A DNA stretch of 64,000 bases from Octopus vulgaris (lineage: Eukaryota). Location: the NCBI GenBank assembly GCA_951406725.2, contig OX597820.1, positions 19,158,001 through 19,222,000 of the forward strand. Direction: 5' to 3'. Each line of letters begins with the position of its first letter. Within the stretch, counting starts at the first letter, position 1. Below, one piece after another: positions 25,196 to 37,730 of the stretch. Made by a program: the position numbers and the translations under genes. The notes under the pieces were generated by a model. It worked only from the letters and a program-made list of their open reading frames with translations, searched no databases and was not told the DNA's origin.

Positions 25196-26176
25196 GATAT
25201 AACAGAAAGATGTGATGGTCAAGACCGGAATGTCTTTGATCACAAGCCTGCTAAATCATAGCAGACCTTAATGCCTTTGATCATGTGCTTGCACAGTTGT
25301 GGCAAGCCTGGGGCTACACAGCAACAATGACATCAGTGCCTTTGTTATTTCCACCTTCACCTCCTGTGCCGCTTCTTATGTGATGGTATCAAGATTTTAT
25401 TATAAATATTCTCCTCCTATTATTGCCGCGGTCTCCAGCTCTTGATCTAACATTTTAGATATATTCAAATCACAAAAGCGAAAACACTGACAATGGCTTT
25501 GTCTCTTTTTTCCTTCTTATTCACACGTTTTTTTGCTCAATTTCTCTAATCTTTGATCCTACACTTGAAATGCTACATTATTTTCCAGCGAACATCTGAA
25601 GACAATATATTTTCGCACGTTCATCAGCATTATTTTGATTTATTTATATATTTTCCCCCTTTTTTTTTTTTTTTAAATTTATCGATCTATTTTCGTTTAT
25701 GCCGTAAGATTATTATGTAAAATATGCATGTTTGCTTTCAAACTCATCTTAATTGCTATAATTTTGCATGAAGATATTTAGATGGTTTCTGACATGTTAA
25801 AAACCCATGGTAACCTTCAATTCAGTAGTAGTCATCGCGTTCCGTTCTAAAAGCCGTCGCCATTGTCTGATAAGAAGGGTTCTTTAAAAAAAACAAAAAA
25901 ACCCAGAACATGCTTCGAAACCACTTCACGTTCGTTGCTAGCGAAAATGTATGAGAGCAAGGAAGGGATGAAATCTTCGTAATTGTCAATTACGTCTTCT
26001 ACTTCTCCATGTTTCGAAAGAAATATATACAAGTTATTTTGGTCTTTTTACATATTTCGGTTATATTAACAGAATTTTAATTTGAACTTTCAAATTTAGA
26101 CAATATCTCGTGATTAAGTATAGATTTTTCATTTTTGTTTTTCTCATTTAGTTTTTCTTTAATTCATCATCAACGT

Positions 26177-26299
26177 TATTATTATCATTATTATTATTAT
26201 TATCACTATTATTATTATTATTATTTTATTATCATTATTATTATTATCATCATCATTATTATTATTATTATCTTTTTTATTATTATTATTATTATTATC

Positions 26300-26331
<32 letters not shown>

Positions 26332-26630
26332 CATTATTATTATTATCATCATCATCATTATTATTATCATCATTATTATTATTATCATCATCATCATCAT
26401 TATTATTATCATTATTATTATTATTATCATTATTATTATTATTATCATTATCATCATCATCATTATTATCATTATTATTATCATCATTATTATTATCATT
26501 ATTATTATTATTATTATCATTATTATTATTATCATTATTATTATTATTATCATTATTATCATCATTATTATTATCATCATTATTATTATTATCATTCTTC
26601 TTCTTCTTCTTCTTCTTATTATTATTATTT
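26177..26630. repeat. Long (ATT/ATC)n trinucleotide tract
   Basis: About 450 bp of ATT/ATC repeats ending in (CTT)n. Confidence 0.95.
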
Positions 26631-27240
26631 TGCACAGTTACCAGTATTTTGACTTCATGTTTTAATCAGTATCCGTGAATATTTATATTGCTTAATAAGG
26701 AAATTAGAGAAAATAAAAAAAATAATATAAGTGTTTTGTTTGTGAGTTCAACTTGGAGGAATATTTTTGTGGTTGAAGTAAAATGCTGTCTTCTGTATTT
26801 CCTTTATAATCCATATTCTTTACCATTATTCAAAATTGCATTTTTAAATATCTTATTACTAAGATAATCAATTGTATTTTAATTTCATTTTCTTTATAAA
26901 ACTTGACTGTTTTCTTTCTTTTTAATTATTAATTAGGCTTGATTATAATATTGGTCAAGGAATAAATAATTTTGACAAATTTTTTAGATTTTGTTAATTG
27001 ATTATTTTTGTTGATGTTATTTGACGAAAACTCCCCGTTTATTCCGCTGGGTATGGTGGAAAGTGTCAGCTGTCCACAGCCAACAGACTAAGCTGACACT
27101 TATTTTACTGATCATGCTTCAAGAACCCTGCAGAGAACTCTCGAAGTTTGAAGCAATGAATGATTTTTGTAGGTGGTTCTATCCTTTACTTTTGTAACCA
27201 ATTCTTTTTGAGCCAAGCTGGTAGTTAAGTGCTGATACTT

Positions 27241-27587
27241 CCTGTTTCTTTATTAGCCACAAGGGCCCAAACATAGAGGCGGGGGCAATACAGCCTGATT
27301 GGGGTCGGACACACAATGATTATGTGACTTTTAAAATTTTACAAAATATAATGAAATCAAATGAGATACAACAAGTACAAAATACAAACATGAAATGAAG
27401 CTGAGAGATGGGTTACGCTCCGACCCCACGAGCCCCATTCTCCTACTGGAACTTTTGTATGCAGACTTATGACATGTTCACAAGGAATTTTTTCATTCCC
27501 AGGACCCTTGCAACATGCAACCATCTTTCTTTGAATATTTTCTTTGACAGGTATCTTCTCTCCAACCTCACCTTCCTTTTAAGGTGG
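27241..27587 (-). mobile_element. 5'-truncated L1/Tx1-like LINE with TSD
   Basis: 13-bp TSD AGTGCTGATACTT at 27228-27240 and 27588-27600. The minus strand at 27467-27586 reads HLKRKVRLERRYLSKKIFKERWLHVARVLGMKKFLVNMS*. The 3' end is CTCTATGTTTGGGCCCTTGTGGCTAATAAAGAAAC. The clade assignment is from recalled similarity only. Confidence 0.65.
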
Positions 27588-27881
27588 AGTGCTGATACTT
27601 TCAAGTGTGCCAATTACTATTGGTATCATCATCATCATCATCATTACATTATGCTAATGTAGTTAGCAGGTATTTCATCTTGAGGTTTATTGACAAGTTT
27701 CCTCGAATCTCAAGAATTTTTCTTCAAATTCTGCTTTTCATCCCTTTTTGGGGTTGATAGATTTTAAGTACCATTCGATATAATCAGCTTGTCCCCTTCC
27801 TCCAAAATGTCAGCCCTTGTGCTTATAGTAGAAAGGATTATTATTATTATTATTATTATTATTATCATTATTACTATTATT

Positions 27882-28440
27882 GGGTGAGAGAGTAATGCAT
27901 GCCATCAAACAGACACTGGGGTACAAATATACAAAGCCCAATATACAATTTCTTGTGTACCAATTTAATAAGGGTACATCAGGCACATGCTTCATGACCG
28001 TATGTGCATGACATGGTGACCTAGCATCAGGATCAACACTGCAAGATCTTGCAGATGAGGGTCCAGTTAAAATTTTCTTCTGGTCGAGTAGCCCATCCCA
28101 CTCAAAAGGTCCCTGAATAAGGATTGCTTAAGAATGATGAACAAAACACCCATGGTTCCAAAGGTGAATTATTCAAACTCCAAAGAATTCCTCTCAACAC
28201 ATGGCTATGATGCTACCCCCCCCCACTACTTCTCGTGTTCAGAGATGCACATATCGTCAGCCACCAAGGGACATGCTCAACTGGTTAAGGTCAAACAATT
28301 GACAAGCAAACCTGTTGTATTGAGCAGAATATTTGCTATAGCCCATCTTTTATACCAAGACAAAACAATGTACATGATAACACTTCCAATCAGTTAAGAT
28401 CAGAAGCCATGAGAGTCAGTACCTGGTACTGCATCGGCGG
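27882..28440 (-). mobile_element. Family E non-autonomous element embedded in (ATT)n
   Basis: Homologous to 28982-29465 and 50689-51070. All three copies abut (ATT)n at the same terminus. Confidence 0.8.
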
Positions 28441-28442
28441 AG

Positions 28443-28464
28443 TTTATTATTATTATCATTATTA

Positions 28465-28528
<64 letters not shown>

Positions 28529-28680
28529 CATTCTCATTATTATTATTATTCTCATTATTATTATTATTATTATTATTATTCTCATTATTATTATTATTAT
28601 TATTCTCATTATTATTATTATCATCATTATTATTATCGTTATTATTACTATTATTATCATCATCATTATTATTATTATTG
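28443..28680. repeat. (ATT)n tract
   Basis: Direct observation. Confidence 0.95.
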
Positions 28681-28981
28681 AGGCGGTGAGCTGGTAGAAT
28701 CGTTAGCACTCCGGGTGAAATGCTTAGTAGTATTTCATCTGTCTTTAAGTTTAAGGTGGCATACTGGCAGAATTGTTAGCACGTCAAGCAAAATGCTTTG
28801 TGGCATTTCATCCATCTTTTCATTCTGGGTTCAAATTCCACCAAAGTCAACTTTTCTTCTTATCCTTTTGAGGTTGGGAAATTAAGTACTAATGAAACCT
28901 ACTAATCAACTAGTCTCCTCCCCCTGAATTTCAAGCCTTGTGCCTTTAGTAGAAAGGATTATTATTATTATTATTATTATT

Positions 28982-29465
28982 GAGTGAGAGAGCAGTGCAT
29001 GCCATCAAAGTGACTCTGGGGTAAAATATATGAAGCCCAGTATACCCTTCATGACTACTCATCTGATAAGGGTACACCAGGCACATGCATCACAGCAATA
29101 TATGCACGACATGGTGATCTCATATCAAGATAAACAGCACATGACCTTGCAGGCAGAGCCCAGTTAGAATTTTCTTCTGGTTGAGTAACCTATCCCGCTC
29201 AAAAGGTCCCTGAATAAGGGTTCTTTAAGGATGCTGAATGAAACACCCATGTTTCCAGAGGTAAATTATTCAAAACCCAAATAAAATTCCTTTCAGCACA
29301 CAGCTATGATGCTCGCCCACTACTTCTGCTCCTGATCAGAGATGCACATATCGTCAGCCACCAAGGGACATGCTCAACTGGTTATGGTAAAATAACTGAT
29401 AAGCAAGTCTGTGATATTGAGCATAATATTTGCTGTAGCCCATCTTTTATACCAAGACAAAACAA
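28982..29465 (-). mobile_element. Family E element
   Basis: GAGTGAGAGAGCAGTGCATGCCATCAAAG terminus, with (ATT)n on both sides. Confidence 0.8.
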
Positions 29466-30006
29466 TTATTATTATTATTATTATTATTAAGGTGATGAGC
29501 TGGCTGAATCGTGAATAGATTAGTATTACATCTGACAAAGTAATCTGAATGCTTGAAGGGTTAATGTTTAAAAGAAATTGGTTTTTGTTTTAAATAAACA
29601 TTTAAGTGAGTTACGAAATGTTTTCCTTCAATGATTGATGCGTGATTAGCTACAAGACAAAATTAGGTATGATTTGGTACGTGGAGCTAACGGTGTTTAT
29701 AAGGTGTTATTTAATCTAATTTCTCGGTGAATTCACAAACGTAAAGACTGTACTTATTACCATTGGGAAGTAGTTAAATGTTAGCTTGCTTCTCAGTCAT
29801 TGATTTATTTGTAAACCTTATAAATAAATAAAATATGTATATATGAATCATTATGGCATTTGTTTGTATTCTGCTCTGATTTTGTATTTGAGTAATAAAC
29901 CTTAATTATCTTGTATTGATTACTTGTTTCGCTCATTGGAATGATGCCATACTGGGGCACCATCTCCAGGGATTTAGTTGAACAAATGAGCCCAGCTACG
30001 TATTCT

Positions 30007-30420
30007 TATTTCTTTATTGCCTACAAGGTGCTACACATAGAGGGGACAAACAAGGACAGACAAAGGGATTAAGTCGATTACATCGACCCCAGTGTGTAAC
30101 TGGTACTTAATTTATCGACCCCGAAAGGATGAAAGGCAAAGTCGACCTCGGCGGAATTTGAACTCAGAACGTAACGGCAGATGAAATACCTATTTCTTTA
30201 CTACCCACAAGGGGCTAAGCACAGAGAGGATAAACAAGGACAGACAAAGGGATTAAGTCGATTATATCGACCCCAGTGCGTAACTGGTACTTATTTAATC
30301 GACCCCGAAAGGATGAACGTCAAAGTCGACCTTGGCGGAATTTGAACTCAGAATGTAACGACAGACGAAATACCGCTAAGCATTTCGCCCGGCGTGTTAA
30401 CGATCCTGCCAGCTTGCCAC
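30007..30420 (-). mobile_element. SINE family D1 head-to-tail dimer
   Basis: Junction GAAATACCTATTTC at ~30183-30196. An imperfect ~22-bp flanking duplication ATGAGCCC.GCTAC.TATTCTT lies at 29986 and 30436. Confidence 0.85.
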
Positions 30421-30654
30421 CATTATGAGCCCAATATGAGCCCTGCTACATATTCTTGCTGGCTCTTTTGCTGAACTGCTAAGTTACAAGGGGAGGTTGT
30501 TAGCAAGAGTTTAGGGTATATACCCCTCACGACAACAGATGAGGATTTAAAACTTCTTAATATATTGGAGGGGGTAATTAACTAAGCGGGGTAATTGTCC
30601 TAGGGAGTAGTTGTCGTTGGAGGGAATTGTCCTAGGGGTTAGTTGTCATGTATA

Positions 30655-30995
30655 CACAGACACACACAAACAATACATACATATACACATACATACACAC
30701 ACACACACATATATATACACACACACAGACATACATACGTACATATATACATACATACATACATACATACATACATACACACACATTTAATTATGTATGT
30801 ATTTGTAAAGGGACATTCAATAGAAAATTACCTAAATTTGCTATTTTCCATTATATTTGTATAATATTGAATTTAAAAAAAACCACAAGTGCAAAAAGTG
30901 GTGAACTACTTGTCCCAGGGTTTAGTGTTCAAATCCTATCGTAAAACATTTTAATTCTTAGATTGTTAGCTTATTGCTTTGTTCAGTTTATTTTT
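30655..30995. repeat. Local duplication, copy 1 (empty Helitron site)
   Basis: Aligns with 37560-37730 plus 38123-38252. Confidence 0.85.
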
Positions 30996-31051
30996 TTGTA
31001 CCAAACACAAAGAGCTGTTAGCACACCGGACAAAATGCTTTGGTGCATTCT

Positions 31052-31077
31052 GTAGTAGTAGTAGTAGTAGTAGTAGC

Positions 31078-31127
<50 letters not shown>

Positions 31128-31545
31128 CAGCAGTAGTAGTAACAGTAGTAGCAGTAGTAGCAGTAACAGTAGTAGTAGTAGCAGCAACAGTAACAGTAGT
31201 AGTAGCAGTAGTAGCAGCAGCAGTAGTAGTAGTAGTAGTAGCAGCAGTGGTAGCAGTGGTGGTGGTGGTGGTGGCAGCAACAGTAGTAGTAGTAGCAGCA
31301 ACAGTAACAGTAGTAGTAGCAGTAGTAGCAGCAGCAGTAGTAGTAGTAGTAGCAGCAGTGGTAGCAGTGGTGGTGGTGGTGGTGGCAGCAACAGTAGTAG
31401 TAGTAGCAGCAACAGTAACAGTAGTAGTAGCAGTAGTAGCAGCAGCAGCAACAGTAGTAGTAGTAGCAGCAGCAGTGGTAGCAGTGGTGGTGGTGGTGGT
31501 GGTGGTGGTGGTGGCAGCAGTAGTACTACTACTAGTAGTAACAGC
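31052..31545. repeat. Compound (AGT/AGC/GGT)n tract with ~110-bp higher-order repeats
   Basis: The block AGCAACAGTAACAGT...GGTGGTGGTGGC recurs three times. Confidence 0.95.
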
Positions 31546-31647
31546 AATAGTTCTGTTCTATTGATCTGATGACTAACTAAAATACCTGACCATTTCCGTT
31601 TTTATGAGAGGACAATACAACAATGGTCACTTCAATTACATTCTATT

Positions 31648-31678
<31 letters not shown>

Positions 31679-31683
31679 CTCAG

Positions 31684-31728
31684 ATGAAGTTTTCTAGACT
31701 GCAAACCTCAGCTTCTTCTGTGCATTTT
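31684..31728 (+). other. Candidate 45-nt exon beginning with ATG (MKFSRLQTSASSVHF)
   Basis: Long poly-T plus CTCAG acceptor and a TTT|GTATGT donor. Only the ATG-initiated frame is open. Confidence 0.4.
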
Positions 31729-34603
31729 GTATGTCAGTGTCTGTCTGTCTGTCTGTGTGTGTGTGAGGTCAGTTTTATGAACCGTGGCCGTGGTGTAGTA
31801 GATAAGAACATTAGAATCTTGTGTTAGAAAAGCAAAATTCTGATTTCAGACCTGGCCAGAGGATTGTGTGCATTTTGGAAAATGGTATACCTGAAGATGA
31901 CAGAAACAAGGTGTAGCAATCAAAATAGTAAAAATAAGTTCCTTGGACATTTCTGTCTTTGACTCCGAGGACTCACAGGGCTACTTACCCGATTTCCATA
32001 GCATATAAGTGACTGAGAATACTACATTTCTCCTGGATAGGATGCTAGTCTATTGTAGGGTTATTCATTTACAGTGAAGCTCTGTGGCTTAATGGTTATC
32101 GTATTTGGCTCATGTTCATAAGGTTGTGTGCTTGATTTCTGGTGGCACATTGTGCCTTTGAGCAAGACACTTTCTTTCATGTTTCTCCAATTTACTCAAC
32201 TAGCAAAAATGAATTGTAGTCGTGGGCATTGCCGGTGACATGTAAATAATAATAATAATAATGATAATAATAGTAATAATGATAATAATAATAATAATAA
32301 TAATAATGATAATAATAGTAATAATAATAATTATAACAATAATGATAGTAATAATAATAGCTTCAAATTTTGAAGGCCAGTAGTTCTGGGGGACCAGTAA
32401 GTCAATTAAGTTGACCGCAGTGCTCAATTGGTATATATTTTATCAACCCCGAATTAACAAACGGCAAAGATGGCCTTGGCACAATTTGAACTCAGAACAT
32501 AAAAACAGACGACACACCACGGAGCATTTTGCCCGGCATGCTAACGATTCTGCCAGCTTGCTTCCTTTAATGAAATTTGAACACAGAAATTAGGTGGACG
32601 TAGCAATATATATTAAAAATGGTATCTTTTCTTGTCCTCTGCTGTTCCTGCTTAAGTAATAACAATAATCATAAATTTTGTGCTACTACAGTTTCAGCTA
32701 AGACCATCTATATATTCAATTTAGCTTTACCGTAGAAAAATAAATTTATCAGCTATTGTATATGTTTAGCTCTAATGTCATTGTGGATTTCCATAAAAGT
32801 GGTGCATATTTTGAATTAATGAATAAAATAGTGCTTCTTGATTAATACTCCTCAGTTTCTATTGGCAGTATAAAGTATAGAGTTTTTAAAACTAGAGCAG
32901 AGGAGAATATAATTTTTTTTTAATGCTTTCAGCAATGTTTGGTATGAATTCTGTGAGAAAATATTCGGTGGTGTAAAAAACAAAAACAAAAAAAAAGACC
33001 CCGAAAATTCTTGTATAATTTAAATAAAATAATTTAAAATTCACATTAATGTATTTACCTCGGTATATATCTACTTGTTTGATAAATAATTCATTGTAAA
33101 GTGGTTAGTTATGCTTAAGATATGGAAGACATCTTTCAACAATATATGTAAATATATGCCTGTTCTGAAATCATATGGTTGTTGTTTATGTTATTGAAAG
33201 ACATATATATGTTCATATGTATGTATGTGTGTGTGTGTATATATATATATGTAAAATTACAAGATGAAAAGGACAAAAAAATGTGGGTATGCACTTCTAA
33301 AGTTAAATTCTTCACTCGGATCTTGGTTTCCCCAGTTTTCATTTTGCACAAATGGAAACCAAGTATGACATTTGATGGCCTACGAGTCATTTTTTTTTTT
33401 CCCAAACAGAACGTCTCAAAAAGCCATGCCTGGACCTATATGCACAGTTGGGCCTCCCGTAAACTCTAAAAAAAAAAACCCCTTTCTCCTCTTAAATATG
33501 CGCTGCTGAAATTGCAGGGTGTCTAATACACCTGTGCATCTTTTTTGCCATCAAATATAATAGAGGACGGTAGGGGTTCACTCCCCTGTTTGCAATATAT
33601 ACAGGGTGCAGGCTACACCTATAACCAGCTAGTGGAAGATCTCCCTGGGGCCAAAACGGTAGTGATATCAAATGGCCATAGTGATGTGGCAATTAACTTT
33701 ACTTGTCAGTATAGTTACTACTCTCATCTTTTATTGAGATTTTCCAACATTATACATTTTCTTTTTTCACCTATGTCATTAGAAATTTGATTGCAAGATC
33801 TTATGAAGACTCATAGGTGAATGACTCACTGAATCAAGTTATGATTATCTGCAAGGTTAGTGATAGTGTCTAATCAATTCTGTTTTCTTACACTAACAAA
33901 TGCACACAAGTGTATATTTACTTAGTGATTCTTTCAGTAAATATAGTGAATTATATGCTATGCTGAAGAAGTCAGAATGACACCAAAACATGTCTGGAGT
34001 TGTCTCCCTGCACTTGCCTGACAAATGAAAATATTAGTCATTCTCTTGCGTCCTTTTTAATCAGTTATTTCAAGTGAGCTTCTTTTAATGCACCAAATAT
34101 TAAATCATATTTATGCTGACTTGTGTGTGTTGGCCTGAGATTGTAAATACAATTAATTAGACCAATAAAAACGAGAAGAAGAAAAAGGTTTAAGTTAAGT
34201 TAAACTTTTAAAATGAACAAAGAAAATTGCGGATTTTAAAGAAAAGAGAATAATGGGTCATTGGGTTTTTACCTTTCTATAGCATATTAGAAATATAAGT
34301 GGATGGAAATTAAGTCATTTACTCTGCTTTCTAAGAGGATGGCAGCAATGAAATATTACAGATTTATTATATTGATACAATGCAACAATATTGAGGTTGT
34401 TTGAGATGACTTCCAGTACTTCTATACTCATTTATCATAGTGGGCGTTTGGTTAAAACAAACAAAAAGATAAATGAATCGTTACCATGCACTTTTGCAAA
34501 CAGAACGAATGATAGATTCTTTGACTCCAAAATTGTGTCCTGTAGCATGGAAGCTACCACCTTCGTGTCTTTTCTTGATAATTTCTAACTTTTCCCTCTA
34601 GAA

Positions 34604-34839
34604 TAGTGGTTTCAACCATTTTTTTTGCTCGTGGATCCCTTTGATTCCTAGTTTGATTGGTTGTACCCTCATAGCCATTTGCTGTTTAAAAGATCCTATT
34701 ATATTTTTATGATTAAATATTATTAGGAATTGTATAAAAAAATTTATTGAAGTATAACCAATTTATTTGGCACAAATTTTAACAACAAAATCTTATATGA
34801 ACCCACAAGGGCCATATGAAACCCAGTTAAGGATCACTA
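34604..34839. mobile_element. hAT-type MITE, degraded
   Basis: TAGTGGTTTCAACC ... GTTAAGGATCACTA termini. The body matches parts of 23660-24760. Confidence 0.55.
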
Positions 34840-34877
34840 CTGTACAAAATACTGGGGTTGATTTTTTTCGACTAAAG

Positions 34878-34950
34878 GTATATGGTGTAGTGGTTAAGGG
34901 CACGGGTTACTAACCAAACATCGAAAAATACCTCAAGAATGAGAAGCAAA
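34878..34950 (+). mobile_element. Deleted fragment of the hammerhead-bearing tRNA-headed family
   Basis: ATATGGTGTAGTGGTTAAGGGCACGGGTTACTAACC is joined to AACATCGAAAAATACCTCAAGAATGAGAA. Both segments match 42081-42356. Confidence 0.6.
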
Positions 34951-35426
34951 TTCGGAAGATGGGTTAAGTGGATTACATCAGCTTTAATAGTCAACTGGTA
35001 CCTAATTCATCGGCCCTGAAAAGATGAAAGGTAAAGTCAAGCCTCAACAGAATTTGAACTCAGAACTCAAAGACAAATGAAATTCTACTAAACATTTTGT
35101 CTGGTGTTCTAATGATTCTGCCAGTTAATTGCCTTCCGTGAATAATAAATTATAGCAATAATTGTATAACTGTTTTAATCAAGTTAGAGGTGTGATTTAA
35201 CAGATATACACGAATTCTATTGCAAAGGGGATGATCAAGGTTACATAGGACTACATTGTCTAATGTTATCTTTTCCTTGACCCTTTGCTTGTCCAAAGCA
35301 TTTTCATAAGTTTGTCCTAAATATCCACATGTTTTCAAACTTTTAGCTAGCCCTTGTTGTATACATCATCATCTTTTAATGTCCGATTTCCATGCCGGCA
35401 TGGGTTTGACAGTTTGACTGGGGACT

Positions 35427-36203
35427 GGCAAGCCAGGAGGCCACACCAGGTTCCAATCTGATCTGGCAATGTTTCTACAGCTGGATGCCCTTCCTAACAC
35501 CAACCACTCTGAGAGTGTAGTGGGTGCTTTTTACATGCCATCAGCACAGGAGCCAGTCAGGTGGCACTGGTATCGGGCTGCTCTGAGAAATATAAAGCTT
35601 TCCTTTCATAAGTAACCAAAGTATCCTGATGGTTGAAAAAAAATTGGGAATGTGTCATCACCTGATGCATGGACACCAAAGAAATATTTTGTGTATCGCA
35701 GAACAGGTTATACAGGACAGGTAAAAAGGTTCATTAAAACAATAGTCTATGATTTGCTAGAGATTTGGCTGTTATTTTCAGCAGGTTAGGCTACTACATT
35801 TATGCTCATCATTGGCAAACCAGAAGGCTGCACCAGGTTTGAAGCTGATCTGGTAACATTTCTACAGTTGGATGCCCTTCCTAGTGCCAACCACTCTGAG
35901 ATGGTAGTGGGTACTTTTTATATGCCACCAGCACGGGAGCCTGTTAGGCAGCACTGGCATCGGGCCGCTCTGAGAAATATAAAGCTTTCCTTTCATAAGT
36001 AACCAAAATATCCTGATGGTTGAAAAGAAATTGGGAATGTGTTATCACCTGATGCATGGACGCCAAAGAAATACTTTGTGTATCGCAGAACAGGTTACAC
36101 AGGACAGGTAAAAAGGGTTCATTAAAACAATAGGCTATGATTTGCTAGAGATTTGGCTGTTATTTTCAGCAGGTTGGGCAACTACATGTATGCTCATCAT
36201 TGG
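35427..36203. repeat. Tandem duplication, ~388-bp period
   Basis: A SINE C fragment plus flanking sequence is repeated twice, each unit ending ATGCTCATCATTGGC. Confidence 0.9.
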
Positions 36204-36205
36204 CT

Positions 36206-36612
36206 TACTCTCTTTACTCTTTTACTCGTTTTAGTCATTTGACTGCGGCCATGCTGGAGCACCGCCTTTAATCGAGCAACTCGACCCCGGGACTTACTCT
36301 TTTGTAAGCCCAGTACTTATTCTATCGGTCTCTTTTGCCGAACTGCTAAGTAACGGGGACAAAAACACACCAGCATCGGTTGTCAAGCAATGCTAGGGGG
36401 ACAAACACAGACACTCAAACACACACGCATATATATATACATATATATACGACGGGCTTCTTTCAGTTTCCATCTACCAAATCCACTCACAACTCTTTGG
36501 TCGGCCCGAGGCTATAGTAGAAGACACTTGCCCAAGGTACCATGCAGTGGGACTGAACCCGGAACCATGTGGTTGGTAAAGAAGCTACTTACCACACAGC
36601 CACTCCTGCGCT
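36206..36612 (-). mobile_element. SINE family A, full length
   Basis: Reverse complement of 60079-60521. Confidence 0.9.
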
Positions 36613-37523
36613 TGTTACAACCATTCGTTTTTTTCCCATAGTAGTTTTTGGCATTTAGAACTGATATAACATTTCGTCTGTTTGTTGGCCTCTTCATTGT
36701 TTTCCATCCTTTCATTTTTCATTTTTGAGTATTCTCTTTGTGTCGAATTTTTACTGCAGTGATAAAAGCAGCCGAATATAATTTCTTTTGAGATCTAGAA
36801 CTCAGATTGTGTTTTATTGTCCCTGTCTTTGAACAATGATCTTTTTACATAGTGTTGTGGTATAAAATCTGATATATTCTTGTCAGATTTTAATCTTCCC
36901 AATATATAAACTGCTCTCGCTCATTTCAGATTGAAGTAGCTCCGTTCCAACTATCTTTTACATATATGGTTTTAGCTTCCCCAACATTTATCAAAATGTT
37001 TGCTATCATTCTCCTTTTGACATTGCATCTCAACCCTTTCAATGCCCTCATAATTGGCAGATTGTCATCACCGGAGAAATTCCTTTTAGAATTATTGATC
37101 ACCTTGTCTTCTCAAAATACTAATCTTCTATAGATCCTTTAGTAAGACATAGAGAGAGAGAGGAGGATGTTGATTTATTAGCAAAGCTTTTTTTTCTTTT
37201 TTTTTTTGTTGTTTTGCAATTCCCTTATTGTACCAAACTTTTTCTTTGTTTTCTTTGCTTTGTTTTTTTTCTATGGCAAATTATACTTTTGAAAGCTTCT
37301 GTATTTCTAAATTAAATATAAGAATTAGGTTGAAGCCAAAACAAAAAAAAAAAAAAAAACGACAGCAACAACAACAAAAGGCATGTAATTAAAAATGTTA
37401 ATGAATTGTTGTTTTAATGTTTTAAATTCAATCTTGATATATTAATTAGGACATCAAATGATGAATCTACTTTAAGATCATATTTAATAAAATATGCATT
37501 GCATTAACATAGGTGTTTACACA

Positions 37524-37559
<36 letters not shown>

Positions 37560-37730
37560 CAAACACATACACAGACAAACACAATACATATGTATACACA
37601 TAAGCACACACACATACACACACACACACTGACATTCACACACACACACACATTTAATTATGCGTGTGTTTGTAAAGGGACATTCAATAGAAATTACCTA
37701 AATTTGCTATTTTCTATTAGATTTGTATAA

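Noticed and set aside
25847-26032. 61-aa minus-strand ORF in unique DNA
   Set aside because: It has a non-ATG start, crosses a homopolymer run, and has no recognisable motif or splice sites.
26135-26665. Long poly-I and poly-N ORFs, and likewise 28400-28709, 30966-31569 and 59102-59845
   Set aside because: They are translations of trinucleotide microsatellites open in several frames, with no splice or domain support.
33963-33994. CTGAAGA-A-GTCA-GAA-TGAC...AAACATGTC hammerhead-like string, and also 31890-31910 and 14338-14350
   Set aside because: GAAA and/or stems I and III are missing, so they are too degenerate to call.
36390-36641. Recurrent peptide ASFSFRLPNPL...GTEPGTMWLVSKLLTTQPL in several ORFs
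   Set aside because: It is the antisense translation of SINE family A, not a gene family.
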